From Candidatus Gastranaerophilales bacterium (GTDB taxonomy: Bacteria; Cyanobacteriota; Vampirovibrionia; Gastranaerophilales; UBA9971): 36,074 nucleotides of DNA. Position numbers and translations under genes: made by a program. The stretch is from assembly GCA_028278605.1 (NCBI GenBank), contig JANQEB010000140.1, forward strand, positions 1 through 36,074, given 5' to 3'. Shown in pieces: positions 9,522-18,291 of the stretch (the first letter of the stretch is position 1; each line of letters starts with the position of its first letter). Below the pieces are notes generated by a model, which was not told the origin of the DNA, searched no databases, and was given only the letters and a program-made list of their open reading frames with translations.

Positions 9522-10442
9522 ATGAGTACCCAGTACGTTTTTATGGACGGCAAGTTTGTTCCTGAGCAGGAAGCCAAAATTAGCGTAAAAACTCATGCTT
9601 TTTTGTATGGAACTTCTATTTTTGAGGGAATCCGGGGATACTGGAACCCACAGGAGAAGCAGATATATATATTCAGGATGAAAGAGCATTATGAAAGAAT
9701 GCACAAAAACGCAAAAATAATGCACATGGTCCCTGAATACTCCATTGATGAAATGTGCGGTTTAACTGTTGAACTTATGAAAAAAAACGCTCCTGAGGGA
9801 GATATTTACATAAGACCGACTCTATATAAAAGCGAATGTGAGATTGGCCCAAAACTTACAGGGAAGGACTCTTTTCTGATATTTACCTGTATAATAGGTG
9901 ATTATATAGATATTTCAAAAGGGTTAAGCGTGTGTGTTTCCAGTTGGAACAGGCTTGATGACAACACAATTCCCCCCAGGGGAAAAATTTCAGGGGCTTA
10001 CGTAAATACCGGCCTGGTAAAAACAGATGCTATGAATGCCGGTTTTGATGAAGCGATTGTTCTTAGTAAAGACGGGCTTGTTACAGAGGGCAGCGCAATG
10101 AATGTTTATCTTGTTGAAAACGGCCGGTTAATTACTTCAAGGGCAGTTGACAATATTCTTGTGGGAATTACCCGTAATACCATAAAAGAAATGGCTCAAG
10201 AGGAATTGGGACTTGAAGCGGTCGAAAAAGCAATAAACAGAACAGAGCTTTATATGGCGGATGAAGCGTTCTTCTGCGGGACAGGAGCGCAGGTAAGCCC
10301 GATTACAAGTATAGATCACAGGACTATAGGGGACGGAAAAGTCGGCCCTATAACTAAAAAGCTTCAGGATCTGTACTTTGACATTGTAAAAGGAAAAGTA
10401 GAGAAGTATAAGCACTGGTGCACACCGGTTTATGATAATTGA
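9522..10442 (+). CDS. ilvE: Branched-chain amino acid aminotransferase (class IV)
   Basis: YGTSIFEGIR, YIRP, K..GAYVN, EGSAMN, GITR, GTGAQVSP; AAGGAG RBS. Confidence 0.93.
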   Translation: MSTQYVFMDGKFVPEQEAKISVKTHAFLYGTSIFEGIRGYWNPQEKQIYIFRMKEHYERMHKNAKIMHMVPEYSIDEMCGLTVELMKKNAPEGDIYIRPTLYKSECEIGPKLTGKDSFLIFTCIIGDYIDISKGLSVCVSSWNRLDDNTIPPRGKISGAYVNTGLVKTDAMNAGFDEAIVLSKDGLVTEGSAMNVYLVENGRLITSRAVDNILVGITRNTIKEMAQEELGLEAVEKAINRTELYMADEAFFCGTGAQVSPITSIDHRTIGDGKVGPITKKLQDLYFDIVKGKVEKYKHWCTPVYDN

Positions 10443-11166
10443 TTTCATTGGTTTTTGCATAATAAACCTGTTTAAGGCAGCTCAAAAGATAGTTAAAGGC
10501 GATATCAGCCTGAAAAACACCATTAACCAGGCTGCTATAATCGGCTATGACTCGCTTCCAATTTCCCTGACAATATCTCTTGTTGCCGGGGCGGTACTTT
10601 CGATGCAAGTGGCCGAGGGTTTCATTATCTCAGGCGCTGATGCCTATATTGGGGGGTTGGTTTCCGTTGCTTTAATAAGGGAAATGGCTCCGATTTTTGC
10701 AAGCCTGGCCATAGGCGCCAGAGCAGGTACTGCTATAACCGCAGAAATCAGTAATATGGTTATTACAGAACAGGTTGATGCGCTTAAAGCCCTGAAAGTA
10801 GACCCTATAGAGTATTTGCTAATTCCAAGGTTAATCGCGGCGGTGATTGTGGTCCCGCTTGTTACTATACTTGCTGAATTGATAGGTATTATTGGGGGGA
10901 TGTTTGTTACAAATATTACGGTTGACTTGCATCCCAGGTTGTATATACAGTCTGTCTGGCTGTATACAGACACTTATGATATCCAGGTAAGCCTTGTTAA
11001 AGCAGCGGTTTTTGGGCTGCTAACCGCGCTTATCTGCACCTGTCATGGCTTAAGGACAAGGGGCGGGGCAAAAGAAATCGGGGTTTCCACCACAAAATCC
11101 GCAATCTGGACAGCTGTTACAATTCTGCTGGCTGACTTGCTTTTGAGCTGGATATTCTTTGCTTAG
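10432..11166 (+). CDS. mlaE: MlaE-family lipid ABC transporter permease
   Basis: REMAP, RAGTAITAEI, TEQVDAL, DPIEYLLIPR, GGAKEIG. Confidence 0.9.
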   Translation: MIIDFIGFCIINLFKAAQKIVKGDISLKNTINQAAIIGYDSLPISLTISLVAGAVLSMQVAEGFIISGADAYIGGLVSVALIREMAPIFASLAIGARAGTAITAEISNMVITEQVDALKALKVDPIEYLLIPRLIAAVIVVPLVTILAELIGIIGGMFVTNITVDLHPRLYIQSVWLYTDTYDIQVSLVKAAVFGLLTALICTCHGLRTRGGAKEIGVSTTKSAIWTAVTILLADLLLSWIFFA

Positions 11167-11178
11167 AGGGATTTTATA

Positions 11179-11427
11179 ATGACTAAAGACAGGATTAAAC
11201 TTGAATTTCAACATTTGATTAACAAAAGAAACAATCTTATAGCAATCATTTTGGTTATATCTACAGGTATAGTCGGATTAATTTATACTCTTGATAATCC
11301 TATTAGTTCTGTTTTGTTGATTATAGGCATACCTGTTATAATAATATTTGTAAAAGGACTTTTAAATATAGAAGACCAGATTAAATGCCTTATAAAGGAG
11401 ATAGATAATGCCTCAGATAATTTATGA
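11179..11427 (+). CDS. Small two-TM membrane protein
   Basis: 82 aa, two hydrophobic helices, GAGG RBS. Confidence 0.7.
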   Translation: MTKDRIKLEFQHLINKRNNLIAIILVISTGIVGLIYTLDNPISSVLLIIGIPVIIIFVKGLLNIEDQIKCLIKEIDNASDNL

Positions 11428-11515
11428 CATTTTAACCGTTGTTGGCACAGTTTTTATTTCCGGTTTTTTTCTTTACTTTGCTTATAAATTTTCCAAGACG
11501 GAAAAAAGTTGTTAA
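11408..11515 (+). CDS. 35-aa single-TM small protein (not in ORF track)
   Basis: AAGGAG 7 nt before ATG; MPQIIYDILTVVGTVFISGFFLYFAYKFSKTEKSC; overlaps the upstream gene. Confidence 0.65.
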   Translation: MPQIIYDILTVVGTVFISGFFLYFAYKFSKTEKSC

Positions 11516-11521
11516 CCTCTT

Positions 11522-11862
11522 TTATTTGAGCATATTTTTTTCATCAAGGTAATTTAAAACCCATTTTTCAATCATTGGAGTGGGTTTGGTATTGTCTTTT
11601 TCACATGCCTGTTTAAATAATTCCCATAGCTTAGGGTTATACCGATTTCAATAAGCATCCGTTAAATGAAAATAATATTCATAAATCGGTAGGCGAAAAT
11701 GAGCTAAAGCTCCTGCATTCGCAAGCGAAGCAGGAGCGACGTTTTCGGTAAAATCCGGCTTTGCCGGTTTTATCGAAAACTAACTCATTTTAGTATAAAC
11801 ATTAATGTTGTCCTTTTGGTTTTATTGCTGGTCAGTTCAAGAATTATGTCGGTTTTAGACAT
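11522..11862 (-). pseudogene. Ribbon-helix-helix-like gene interrupted by an insertion
   Basis: Removing 11640-11797 restores a 60-aa ORF MSKTDIILELTSNKTKRTTLMFNPKLWELFKQACEKDNTKPTPMIEKWVLNYLDEKNMLK. Confidence 0.75.
11640..11795. mobile_element. TA-flanked miniature insertion made of two palindromic modules
   Basis: TA at 11638-39 and 11796-97; IR TACCGATTT/AAATCGGTA (11640-11691) and AAAATGAG/CTCATTTT; related sequence at ~171 and 28708-28748. Confidence 0.75.
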
Positions 11863-11886
11863 TTTTATACCTGTAATAGAATTTAA

Positions 11887-12105
11887 TCAATCAAATTTTA
11901 AAAGTTTATAAGGCTCGATATCCAGGGCTTTTGCAATTTTATATAAAGTTTTCATAGTTAAATCCTGCTTACCAATCTCTGCCATGCTAATTGTTGAAAT
12001 TCCGGTTTTAGCCGCATTAGCCAGGTCAAGCTGGCTTAATTTTTTGCCTTTTCTATATTTTTTTAAATTTGCGCCAAATTTAGTCAATATTTCTTGTTTA
12101 TTCAT
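11887..12105 (-). CDS. XRE-family helix-turn-helix regulator
   Basis: FGANLKKYRK..LSQLDLA..TISMAEIG..TLYKIAKAL pattern. Confidence 0.88.
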   Translation of the reverse strand: MNKQEILTKFGANLKKYRKGKKLSQLDLANAAKTGISTISMAEIGKQDLTMKTLYKIAKALDIEPYKLLKFD

Positions 12106-12246
12106 TTTAACACTTAATTTTAATTCATAGCGTTCATAATTCTATGTTTATTTTTAATATTTTTGCCAATTTTTAACAAGCGGTGATGTTGGCAAAATAT
12201 GTTAATAGTAAAGAATAAAGGAAAGTATTATATGCAAGATAAAAAA

Positions 12247-12380
12247 TTGGTAGTGGTATTTTTTGACATGACGTCATTGCGAGGAGTGAAACGACGAAGC
12301 AATCCACTTGAGTTTACTTGATGATGGATTGCTTCGCTTCGCTCGCAATGACAAATCAAGTATTTTTATACCACTACCAA
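12247..12380. mobile_element. MITE-like element: TTGGTAGTGGTAT TIRs enclosing a REP dimer
   Basis: Perfect 13-bp TIR; internal CGTCATTGCGAG..GAAGCAATCC / GGATTGCTTC..CTCGCAATGAC. Confidence 0.85.
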
Positions 12381-12395
12381 AAAATATCACTTGTC

Positions 12396-12431
12396 AAAAA
12401 AGGAAAGGACGGGAATTTCTTCCCGCCCTTT
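12396..12431 (-). terminator. Intrinsic terminator of the SLH gene
   Basis: Minus strand AAAGGGCGGGAA-GAAA-TTCCCGTCCTTT followed by CCTTTTTT. Confidence 0.8.
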
Positions 12432-12452
12432 ATATTGAGATTTGGTGAGTTA

Positions 12453-14786
12453 TTATTGTTGTGATGCAAATGCAACTGAAAGTATTTCATCAGGGTTAAT
12501 CTGAGCAACTCTTGAGCCGTCAGGCTTAACAACGTAAGCAATTTCATCACCTGATACTTTAAGTATACCAACAGTACCGCTAAGCGCTGTCCTGGCTGTA
12601 TCGAATACTCCAACGAACGGGTCTGTAAGCGCCATTAAGTAGCTTCTTCCTGCTGCCGGGATTTCTCCGTTGAATAATTCGTTTGTACCGTTACCAATGT
12701 TACACAGGAAGTTTTCAACTGTGTTACCGGCGATAATAGCTGCTCCACCAGCGGTTCTGCCTGCAACACCGGCGACTTTACCGGGCCAGCTGAATGGCCA
12801 TGCCAGGAACCTGCCGATGATGTTAGGATTATCTTCCTGAACAACTGTTGCAGAAAGGATTTCTCTAGGAAGGGTAGTTTTGCAGCCGTCGTTTCCCATA
12901 GAAGTAAATTCTACCCTGATAGCTCCGGACTGGCCTATTCCTGGTCTTACGACTTCGGAGACTTTACCTCTTACTACTGTTCCTGCCGGGTAGAAAACGC
13001 CGTCCATATTTACAGGTTCTGTTGTTTTCGCAACAATTCTATCGCCAACTTCACTGGTTCTGGCTGAAACTATATCTTCAAACTGCATTTTAAGAGTTGG
13101 TATAGTTGTTGTTACGACCTGCGGCTGTAACTGGGCTGCCGCGCCTGTTGGTTGCGGGCATGGCGCAAGAGCCAGTACTTCTCTTAATTCATCGACCATT
13201 GAAGCAACTTCTGACCTTGAAGCAATATCATTAGGCCTTATACAATTACCGTCAGGAAGATCACAAAGGATTCCCGCCTTAAGTGATTCTGCCACATGTG
13301 ATGCAGCCCAGGCTGGTATCTGGTTAGAATCAGGGTAACAGCTAAGGATTTGTTGTGCTTCACAGGCTGAAATCTCGCCGGGAATTGCCTTGGCTATGCT
13401 GCTTAATGCTTCAGCTCTTGTTACAGGGTCTTTAGGCCTGAACATACAGTTTGGATAGCCTTCCATTACTCCGCTGTTGTAAGCTTTGTCAATATCAGCA
13501 TTTGCCCAGTGGCTTAAAGGTACATCATTGAATATTTGCTGCTGGAAGTCGGGAGTTCCCTCAAGAGCTGCGCCTGCTACGATTGCGCTTGCAAACTCAT
13601 CTCTGAGAATAGCAAGGTTTGGCTTGTAAGTCCTGTCAGGATAGCCTGCAAGAACTCCTTGAGCTGCGAGTTTATTAATATCGCACCCTGAAATCATCTG
13701 GTTGCTTACGTCAGGGAACTGAGGGCCTACCGGGCAGGCTGCTCCTGTAGATTGAGGAATAATCACAGGAACAAGAGCAGTTCTCTGGATTTGAAGACCG
13801 CTTGATGTCTGGATTGTTCTTGGGCAACCGCTTAATTGTGAACCTATACCTGTTGCGCAAGGATCACATGGGTTACATGGGTTCATTGCCATTGGAACCG
13901 CCGGAGCGCATGGATTACATGGGTTTGCCATAGGCTGGCATGGGTTGCAGGGATCACATGGATTTACCGGGCAAGCCGCGCCTGTCGGGAATGGATAAAT
14001 AGGTGCCGCTGCTCCCATTGGTGAGCATGGGTTACATGGGTCGTATGGATATAATGGAACCGCTGCGCCTGTTGGGCATAACGGAGCGCATGGGTTGCAG
14101 GGATCACATGGGTTTACCGGACAAGCCGCGCCTGTTGGGTACATTGGCATTGCAGCGCCTGTCATACAAGGATCACAATATGCTGATTGCAGAACTCTTG
14201 TTGTTCCGGGGATGCTACACCTTAAAATTTCAAGGCCTTGTGCAACCTGTACCGGGCATACAGGACCGCAAGCCCCGCCTGCCTGTCTTGTAGGCATAAG
14301 TGTAAGGGCCCCGGCCTGTGGAACAGCGGAAATACCTGCGCAGTTCGTTGAATTTACAGCTACAGCTTCTTCGTCTCCGCCAATTTGTACCATCTGGCTG
14401 CCTTTTGGAATAACAACGCTTGAGCTTCCGATATCCGGGAATGCATATGCCTGTCTTTTGATAATTTTTGCGTTAGGAGCACAGTTTGGAATTACTCCTG
14501 TAATAGGTTCGCAAACCGGAGCTGCTCCGCCCGGGCATTGGGGTTGTGATAATAATGGTGAGTACACTTCCTGCGGAAGTCCTGCCTGGGGCAGTAAAAT
14601 TGGGACTGCCGCGCCTGTTGGGCATGGGCATGGTTCTACAGGACATGGCGCAGGACATGGCATTTGTACTCTTGGCGGCGGGCAAACAGGTGCTGCTGCG
14701 CCGACCTGATCAGCACGTGCAATACCGCCTAATGTCATGATTCCTATTGACAATGCGGCTGCTACTGATAATTTTTTCAAGTTCAT
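12453..14786 (-). CDS. Secreted Cys/Pro-rich S-layer homology (3x SLH) protein
   Basis: Start reassigned to the ATG at 14786 (AAGGAGG RBS); signal peptide ending ARA; SLH motifs [40 protein letters not shown]; C-terminal beta-rich domain ([10 protein letters not shown]). Confidence 0.88.
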   Translation of the reverse strand: MNLKKLSVAAALSIGIMTLGGIARADQVGAAAPVCPPPRVQMPCPAPCPVEPCPCPTGAAVPILLPQAGLPQEVYSPLLSQPQCPGGAAPVCEPITGVIPNCAPNAKIIKRQAYAFPDIGSSSVVIPKGSQMVQIGGDEEAVAVNSTNCAGISAVPQAGALTLMPTRQAGGACGPVCPVQVAQGLEILRCSIPGTTRVLQSAYCDPCMTGAAMPMYPTGAACPVNPCDPCNPCAPLCPTGAAVPLYPYDPCNPCSPMGAAAPIYPFPTGAACPVNPCDPCNPCQPMANPCNPCAPAVPMAMNPCNPCDPCATGIGSQLSGCPRTIQTSSGLQIQRTALVPVIIPQSTGAACPVGPQFPDVSNQMISGCDINKLAAQGVLAGYPDRTYKPNLAILRDEFASAIVAGAALEGTPDFQQQIFNDVPLSHWANADIDKAYNSGVMEGYPNCMFRPKDPVTRAEALSSIAKAIPGEISACEAQQILSCYPDSNQIPAWAASHVAESLKAGILCDLPDGNCIRPNDIASRSEVASMVDELREVLALAPCPQPTGAAAQLQPQVVTTTIPTLKMQFEDIVSARTSEVGDRIVAKTTEPVNMDGVFYPAGTVVRGKVSEVVRPGIGQSGAIRVEFTSMGNDGCKTTLPREILSATVVQEDNPNIIGRFLAWPFSWPGKVAGVAGRTAGGAAIIAGNTVENFLCNIGNGTNELFNGEIPAAGRSYLMALTDPFVGVFDTARTALSGTVGILKVSGDEIAYVVKPDGSRVAQINPDEILSVAFASQQ

Positions 14787-15199
14787 AAAAAACCTCCTTA
14801 ACATCTACAACTAATAAAGAAGTATTAACTTCATGGAATCTAAGTCTTTGCGATTGGATTTTTTCCTATAATTTTCCTCCAATTTCTTGATTAAACAGGT
14901 AACTTTTACATGTGCAAAAAATTTCTCCTCCTTACATAGAATTATTAAACTTTAGTGCTCATATATTCATTACCGGATCTTCTTATTCTTTAAGATAGTT
15001 ATCGGGTAATCTTTTAGCTTTTATTGCTAGTAGTAAAAGACTAGAAATTTTTGCTTTTGTAATTAGTTATAAATTTTTTATAAATTTTAAAAAGTTTTAA
15101 TGTTTTACGTAATTAGCTATCAAGGTTAAATAATTGATCTACCCATGGGTTATCTGATAGTATTAGATAGATTTTGTAGAGTTATTTACAGGAATTGCA

Positions 15200-15493
15200 G
15201 TGTTTGAAATTTTTTTAACTAATTCAGCAAATAAATCCCAGAAAAAACTGGATAAAGCTCTCAGGGTCAAGATTAAAGAATCTATTGAACAAATATCAAA
15301 GGACCCGGAAAATTCCGGGGAAAAGCTTGTTTCTCCGCTTTCTAACGTGTATTCCCGCCATATAAAATACAAAGGCAAGGAAGTGCGGATTGCATACGGA
15401 ATTGACCCTGAGCAAAACACTATTTTTATTTACTTAATTGCTTTTCATGAAAATTTTTATAAAAGGCTTAAAAATATACTGGATGCGGGTTAA
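15200..15493 (+). CDS. RelE/ParE-family toxin-like protein
   Basis: FEIFLTNSANK..L, DP..GEKL, RIAY.ID, HENFY; GTG start. Confidence 0.78.
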   Translation: MFEIFLTNSANKSQKKLDKALRVKIKESIEQISKDPENSGEKLVSPLSNVYSRHIKYKGKEVRIAYGIDPEQNTIFIYLIAFHENFYKRLKNILDAG

Positions 15494-15498
15494 ACAAC

Positions 15499-15701
15499 CT
15501 CAATGACGGGTTAGTTATTTTTAAAAATTCCTTAAAATTTATAGAAAATAGGCGCGCGGCTCTGCGTTAGCGGGAGCATAGCCTCATTCATGCAGCCGCG
15601 CGCCCTCCTCTGGGGTAGGCTTGGAGGAAATGAGCTAAGCAAGGGCGTTTTAAGGAATTTTTATCAAGCTATAATTGTTTTTAGCTAACCCGTCATTCGA
15701 G
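15499..15701. mobile_element. MITE-like element with long imperfect TIRs
   Basis: AATGACGGGTTAG..AAAAATTCCTTAAAA vs TTTTAAGGAATTTTT..CTAACCCGTCATT; internal GGCGCGCGGCT/AGCCGCGCGCC stem; right end repeated at 5210-5237. Confidence 0.75.
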
Positions 15702-15719
15702 TTAAATGGCCATGCTTTT

Positions 15720-15728
15720 TGTTATAAT
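15720..15728 (+). promoter_or_regulatory. Extended -10 promoter element
   Basis: TGTTATAAT about 40 nt upstream of the likely GTG start of the aminopeptidase P gene. Confidence 0.45.
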
Positions 15729-15767
15729 AAATCTACAATTCAGAGCAGTAAAAAAGATGAGGTTTTT

Positions 15768-17492
15768 GTGCTTGAAACAAAGAAAATACTGGATTTATTC
15801 CGTTCATTTCTCGTAAAAGAAAACCTGGACTTATTCATTATTAATTCTACTGATGAGTATTTAAGCGAATATGTTTGCCCGCAAAATAATGCCCGTTTTT
15901 TATTAACAGGGTTTTCAGGCTCAGCAGGGGATATCCTGGTAACTCATGATAAAGCCATGCTCTTTGTTGACGGGAGGTATCATATCCAGGCGGAAACCGA
16001 GACTGACCCTGAAGTTATAACCCTTATCAAGGTCGACCTGGGTAAATCCCCGCAAAAAGTCCTTTTTGAAAAACTTGCAGAACTGGCAACTAATGGCTCA
16101 ACTATTGGGATTGTTTCTCCTAAAACAAGCTGTGCAGGCTTCAAGGAATTGTTAAAAAACCTGGAAGGCAAGCAGGACATAAAAATTCTTGAATATGAGC
16201 ATGACCCGATAATTCAGGCAAAGCCGTCAACGCCGGAAGAGTCTTTAAGATATATCCCCGAAGAAATCACAGGTACAACACCCGGGCAAAAACTTGAAAT
16301 TATTAATAACTATAAAAAAGAAAACAATATTGACCTGATGTTGATTACTGACCCTGCTGAAATAGCTTACCTGACAAACCTGAGAGGGCGGGAAATCCCT
16401 TATAGTTCCGCATTTAAAGCAAAAGCAATCATTTTCAGGAATAAAGCCTATGTATTCACTGACCTTGCCAGGCTTCATACAAAAACCCCGGATAATTTTG
16501 TTTTTATGCCCGAAAGTGAGTTTAACGCTTTTATAAAAGGACTTTCCAAAGAAAATAACGTCTCCAGTGTGTATTATCACCCCGGTTCTACCACGCTGTC
16601 CGTGTTCAGGAAAATCGAAAACCTTGCTGAAAAAGTCGTTGAAATCAAGGAAAGCTATATTTCTGAGCTAAAATCCATAAAAAATGAGCAGGAACTTCAA
16701 TATTTATCGCAATGTTATCTTAAAACAGATATCGTAGTTAACCGCATAACCTGCTGGCTTAACCAAAACCTTGAAAGAGGCATCAGGGTTAGTGAAAAGG
16801 ACTTTTCCGACAGGGTAAAAAGCCTGTTTGAAGAAGAAGGTTCGGTAGGCCTTAGCTTTGAGCCTATAACCGCAAGCGGTCAAAATACCGCTATTATTCA
16901 TTATTCAAAGCCGTCTGCCGAGAAGTTTATTGAAAAAGGCGGACTGGTACTGCTTGATTGCGGGGCATACTTTGAAGGAGGTTATGCAACTGACCAGACA
17001 AGGACTTTTCTCGCGGGAGAACACGATATCCCTGCGACCTGCCTGCAAAAAAATGTCTATACAGCGGTTTTAAAGGGTCTTCTTGCAGGCATTAACCTTG
17101 AAATCACCGAAGAAACAACAGGCTATGACCTTGATTTTGCGGTAAGAGAAGTTGTAGACGCCAATAAACCGGAGGGGTTTGCGTTTTCCCATGCAACAGG
17201 GCATGGCGTGGGAATCCCGGTACATGAATCCCCGCCAAGAATCGGGCCTTCCGAGTCTTCCGGCACTCCCCTGAAACCCGGCATGGTTTTCACGGTTGAA
17301 CCCGGTCTTTACAGGGAAGGCTGGGGCGGTGTCCGTATAGAAAACACGGTTATGGCCGTTAATGAAGGGGGAAAAGTCAAAATTAAGACCCTGACAAGGG
17401 CTCCTTTTGATGAAAACCTGATAAACCCCAACATGCTTACAGAACAGGAAAAAACCCGGCTTGAAGAATATAACGGGTGTAAAATAGGCTGA
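15768..17492 (+). CDS. Xaa-Pro aminopeptidase (M24B)
   Basis: LDCG, TDQTRT, HATGHGVG..VHE, EPG, GVRIEN metal ligands; start likely GTG at 15768 (GAGG RBS), because the longer ORF begins inside a MITE. Confidence 0.9.
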   Translation: MLETKKILDLFRSFLVKENLDLFIINSTDEYLSEYVCPQNNARFLLTGFSGSAGDILVTHDKAMLFVDGRYHIQAETETDPEVITLIKVDLGKSPQKVLFEKLAELATNGSTIGIVSPKTSCAGFKELLKNLEGKQDIKILEYEHDPIIQAKPSTPEESLRYIPEEITGTTPGQKLEIINNYKKENNIDLMLITDPAEIAYLTNLRGREIPYSSAFKAKAIIFRNKAYVFTDLARLHTKTPDNFVFMPESEFNAFIKGLSKENNVSSVYYHPGSTTLSVFRKIENLAEKVVEIKESYISELKSIKNEQELQYLSQCYLKTDIVVNRITCWLNQNLERGIRVSEKDFSDRVKSLFEEEGSVGLSFEPITASGQNTAIIHYSKPSAEKFIEKGGLVLLDCGAYFEGGYATDQTRTFLAGEHDIPATCLQKNVYTAVLKGLLAGINLEITEETTGYDLDFAVREVVDANKPEGFAFSHATGHGVGIPVHESPPRIGPSESSGTPLKPGMVFTVEPGLYREGWGGVRIENTVMAVNEGGKVKIKTLTRAPFDENLINPNMLTEQEKTRLEEYNGCKIG

Positions 17493-17493
17493 T

Positions 17494-18291
17494 ATGCAAA
17501 CTGTTTCCAGTATTCAAAACCCTGTAGTTAAAACTGTTGTTTCGCTTCACCGGAAGAAAAACAGGCAGGAAACCGGCATGTTCATTATTGAGGGCTACAA
17601 GGGCGTTGAAGATGCTATTAATTACGGGGTTAAAATTACTCATATTTTCCTAAGCGAATCAGCAAAGGAAAAAGCCCGAAATTTCTCCGGTGATACCCTC
17701 TACTTAGTAAATGAAAAGGTTTTAAAGAAGATTTCCACCACTGACAGCCCGTGTGAAGTGCTTGCCGTGGCTAAACAGCTAAATTACAGCCTGCATGACT
17801 TAATCCAAAATAAAGCTCCCCTTATTGCGGTTCTGGAAGACATAAAAGACCCCGGCAATCTCGGGACAATAATCAGGACAGCTAAAGCGGCAGGGGTTTC
17901 CGGTATTATCCTTACCGGAGAACCCTCTGATATTTACAATCCCAAGACAGTCAGGTCTTCTGCGGGGAATTTGTGGAAAATACCCGTAATTTATTTTGGA
18001 CAAAAACAGGGGCTAAAGCAGGAACTTCTCAAGTATTGCAAATTTCAGTTTATAAGTACTGCTGTTGCCGGTATAAATGCGAAAAATCATTTTGAAGCTG
18101 ATTATAAACCTGCCACAGTGATATTTTTCGGCTCAGAAGCCGGGGGGTTATCTTGCGAATTAACAGACCAGTCGGATTTCAGCGTAAAAATCCCCATGCA
18201 TAAAGAGGTTGAGTCGCTGAACCTCAGTGTTTCAGCCGGAATTATCCTGTATGAAGCATTTTCTCAGCGGTCTTTTGAAATTTCAACCTGA
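17494..18291 (+). CDS. TrmH/SpoU-family RNA methyltransferase
   Basis: DPGNLGTIIRTA, FGSEAGGLS, IPM..VESLNLSVS. Confidence 0.93.
   Translation: MQTVSSIQNPVVKTVVSLHRKKNRQETGMFIIEGYKGVEDAINYGVKITHIFLSESAKEKARNFSGDTLYLVNEKVLKKISTTDSPCEVLAVAKQLNYSLHDLIQNKAPLIAVLEDIKDPGNLGTIIRTAKAAGVSGIILTGEPSDIYNPKTVRSSAGNLWKIPVIYFGQKQGLKQELLKYCKFQFISTAVAGINAKNHFEADYKPATVIFFGSEAGGLSCELTDQSDFSVKIPMHKEVESLNLSVSAGIILYEAFSQRSFEIST

Noticed and set aside
12161-12197. 9-bp inverted repeat TTTTGCCAA/TTGGCAAAA as an XRE operator
   Set aside because: Long 19-nt spacer, single occurrence in AT-rich DNA; insufficient support.
13855-14190. Repeats as a CRISPR array or DGR template/variable pair
   Set aside because: They are in-frame coding repeats without unique spacers; no cas or reverse transcriptase gene in the window.
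14095-14709. 204-aa plus-strand ORF
   Set aside because: Antisense shadow of the Cys/Pro-rich SLH gene.
15675-15767. N-terminal extension of aminopeptidase P
   Set aside because: Begins inside a MITE end and spans a likely promoter; the GTG at 15768 has an RBS.
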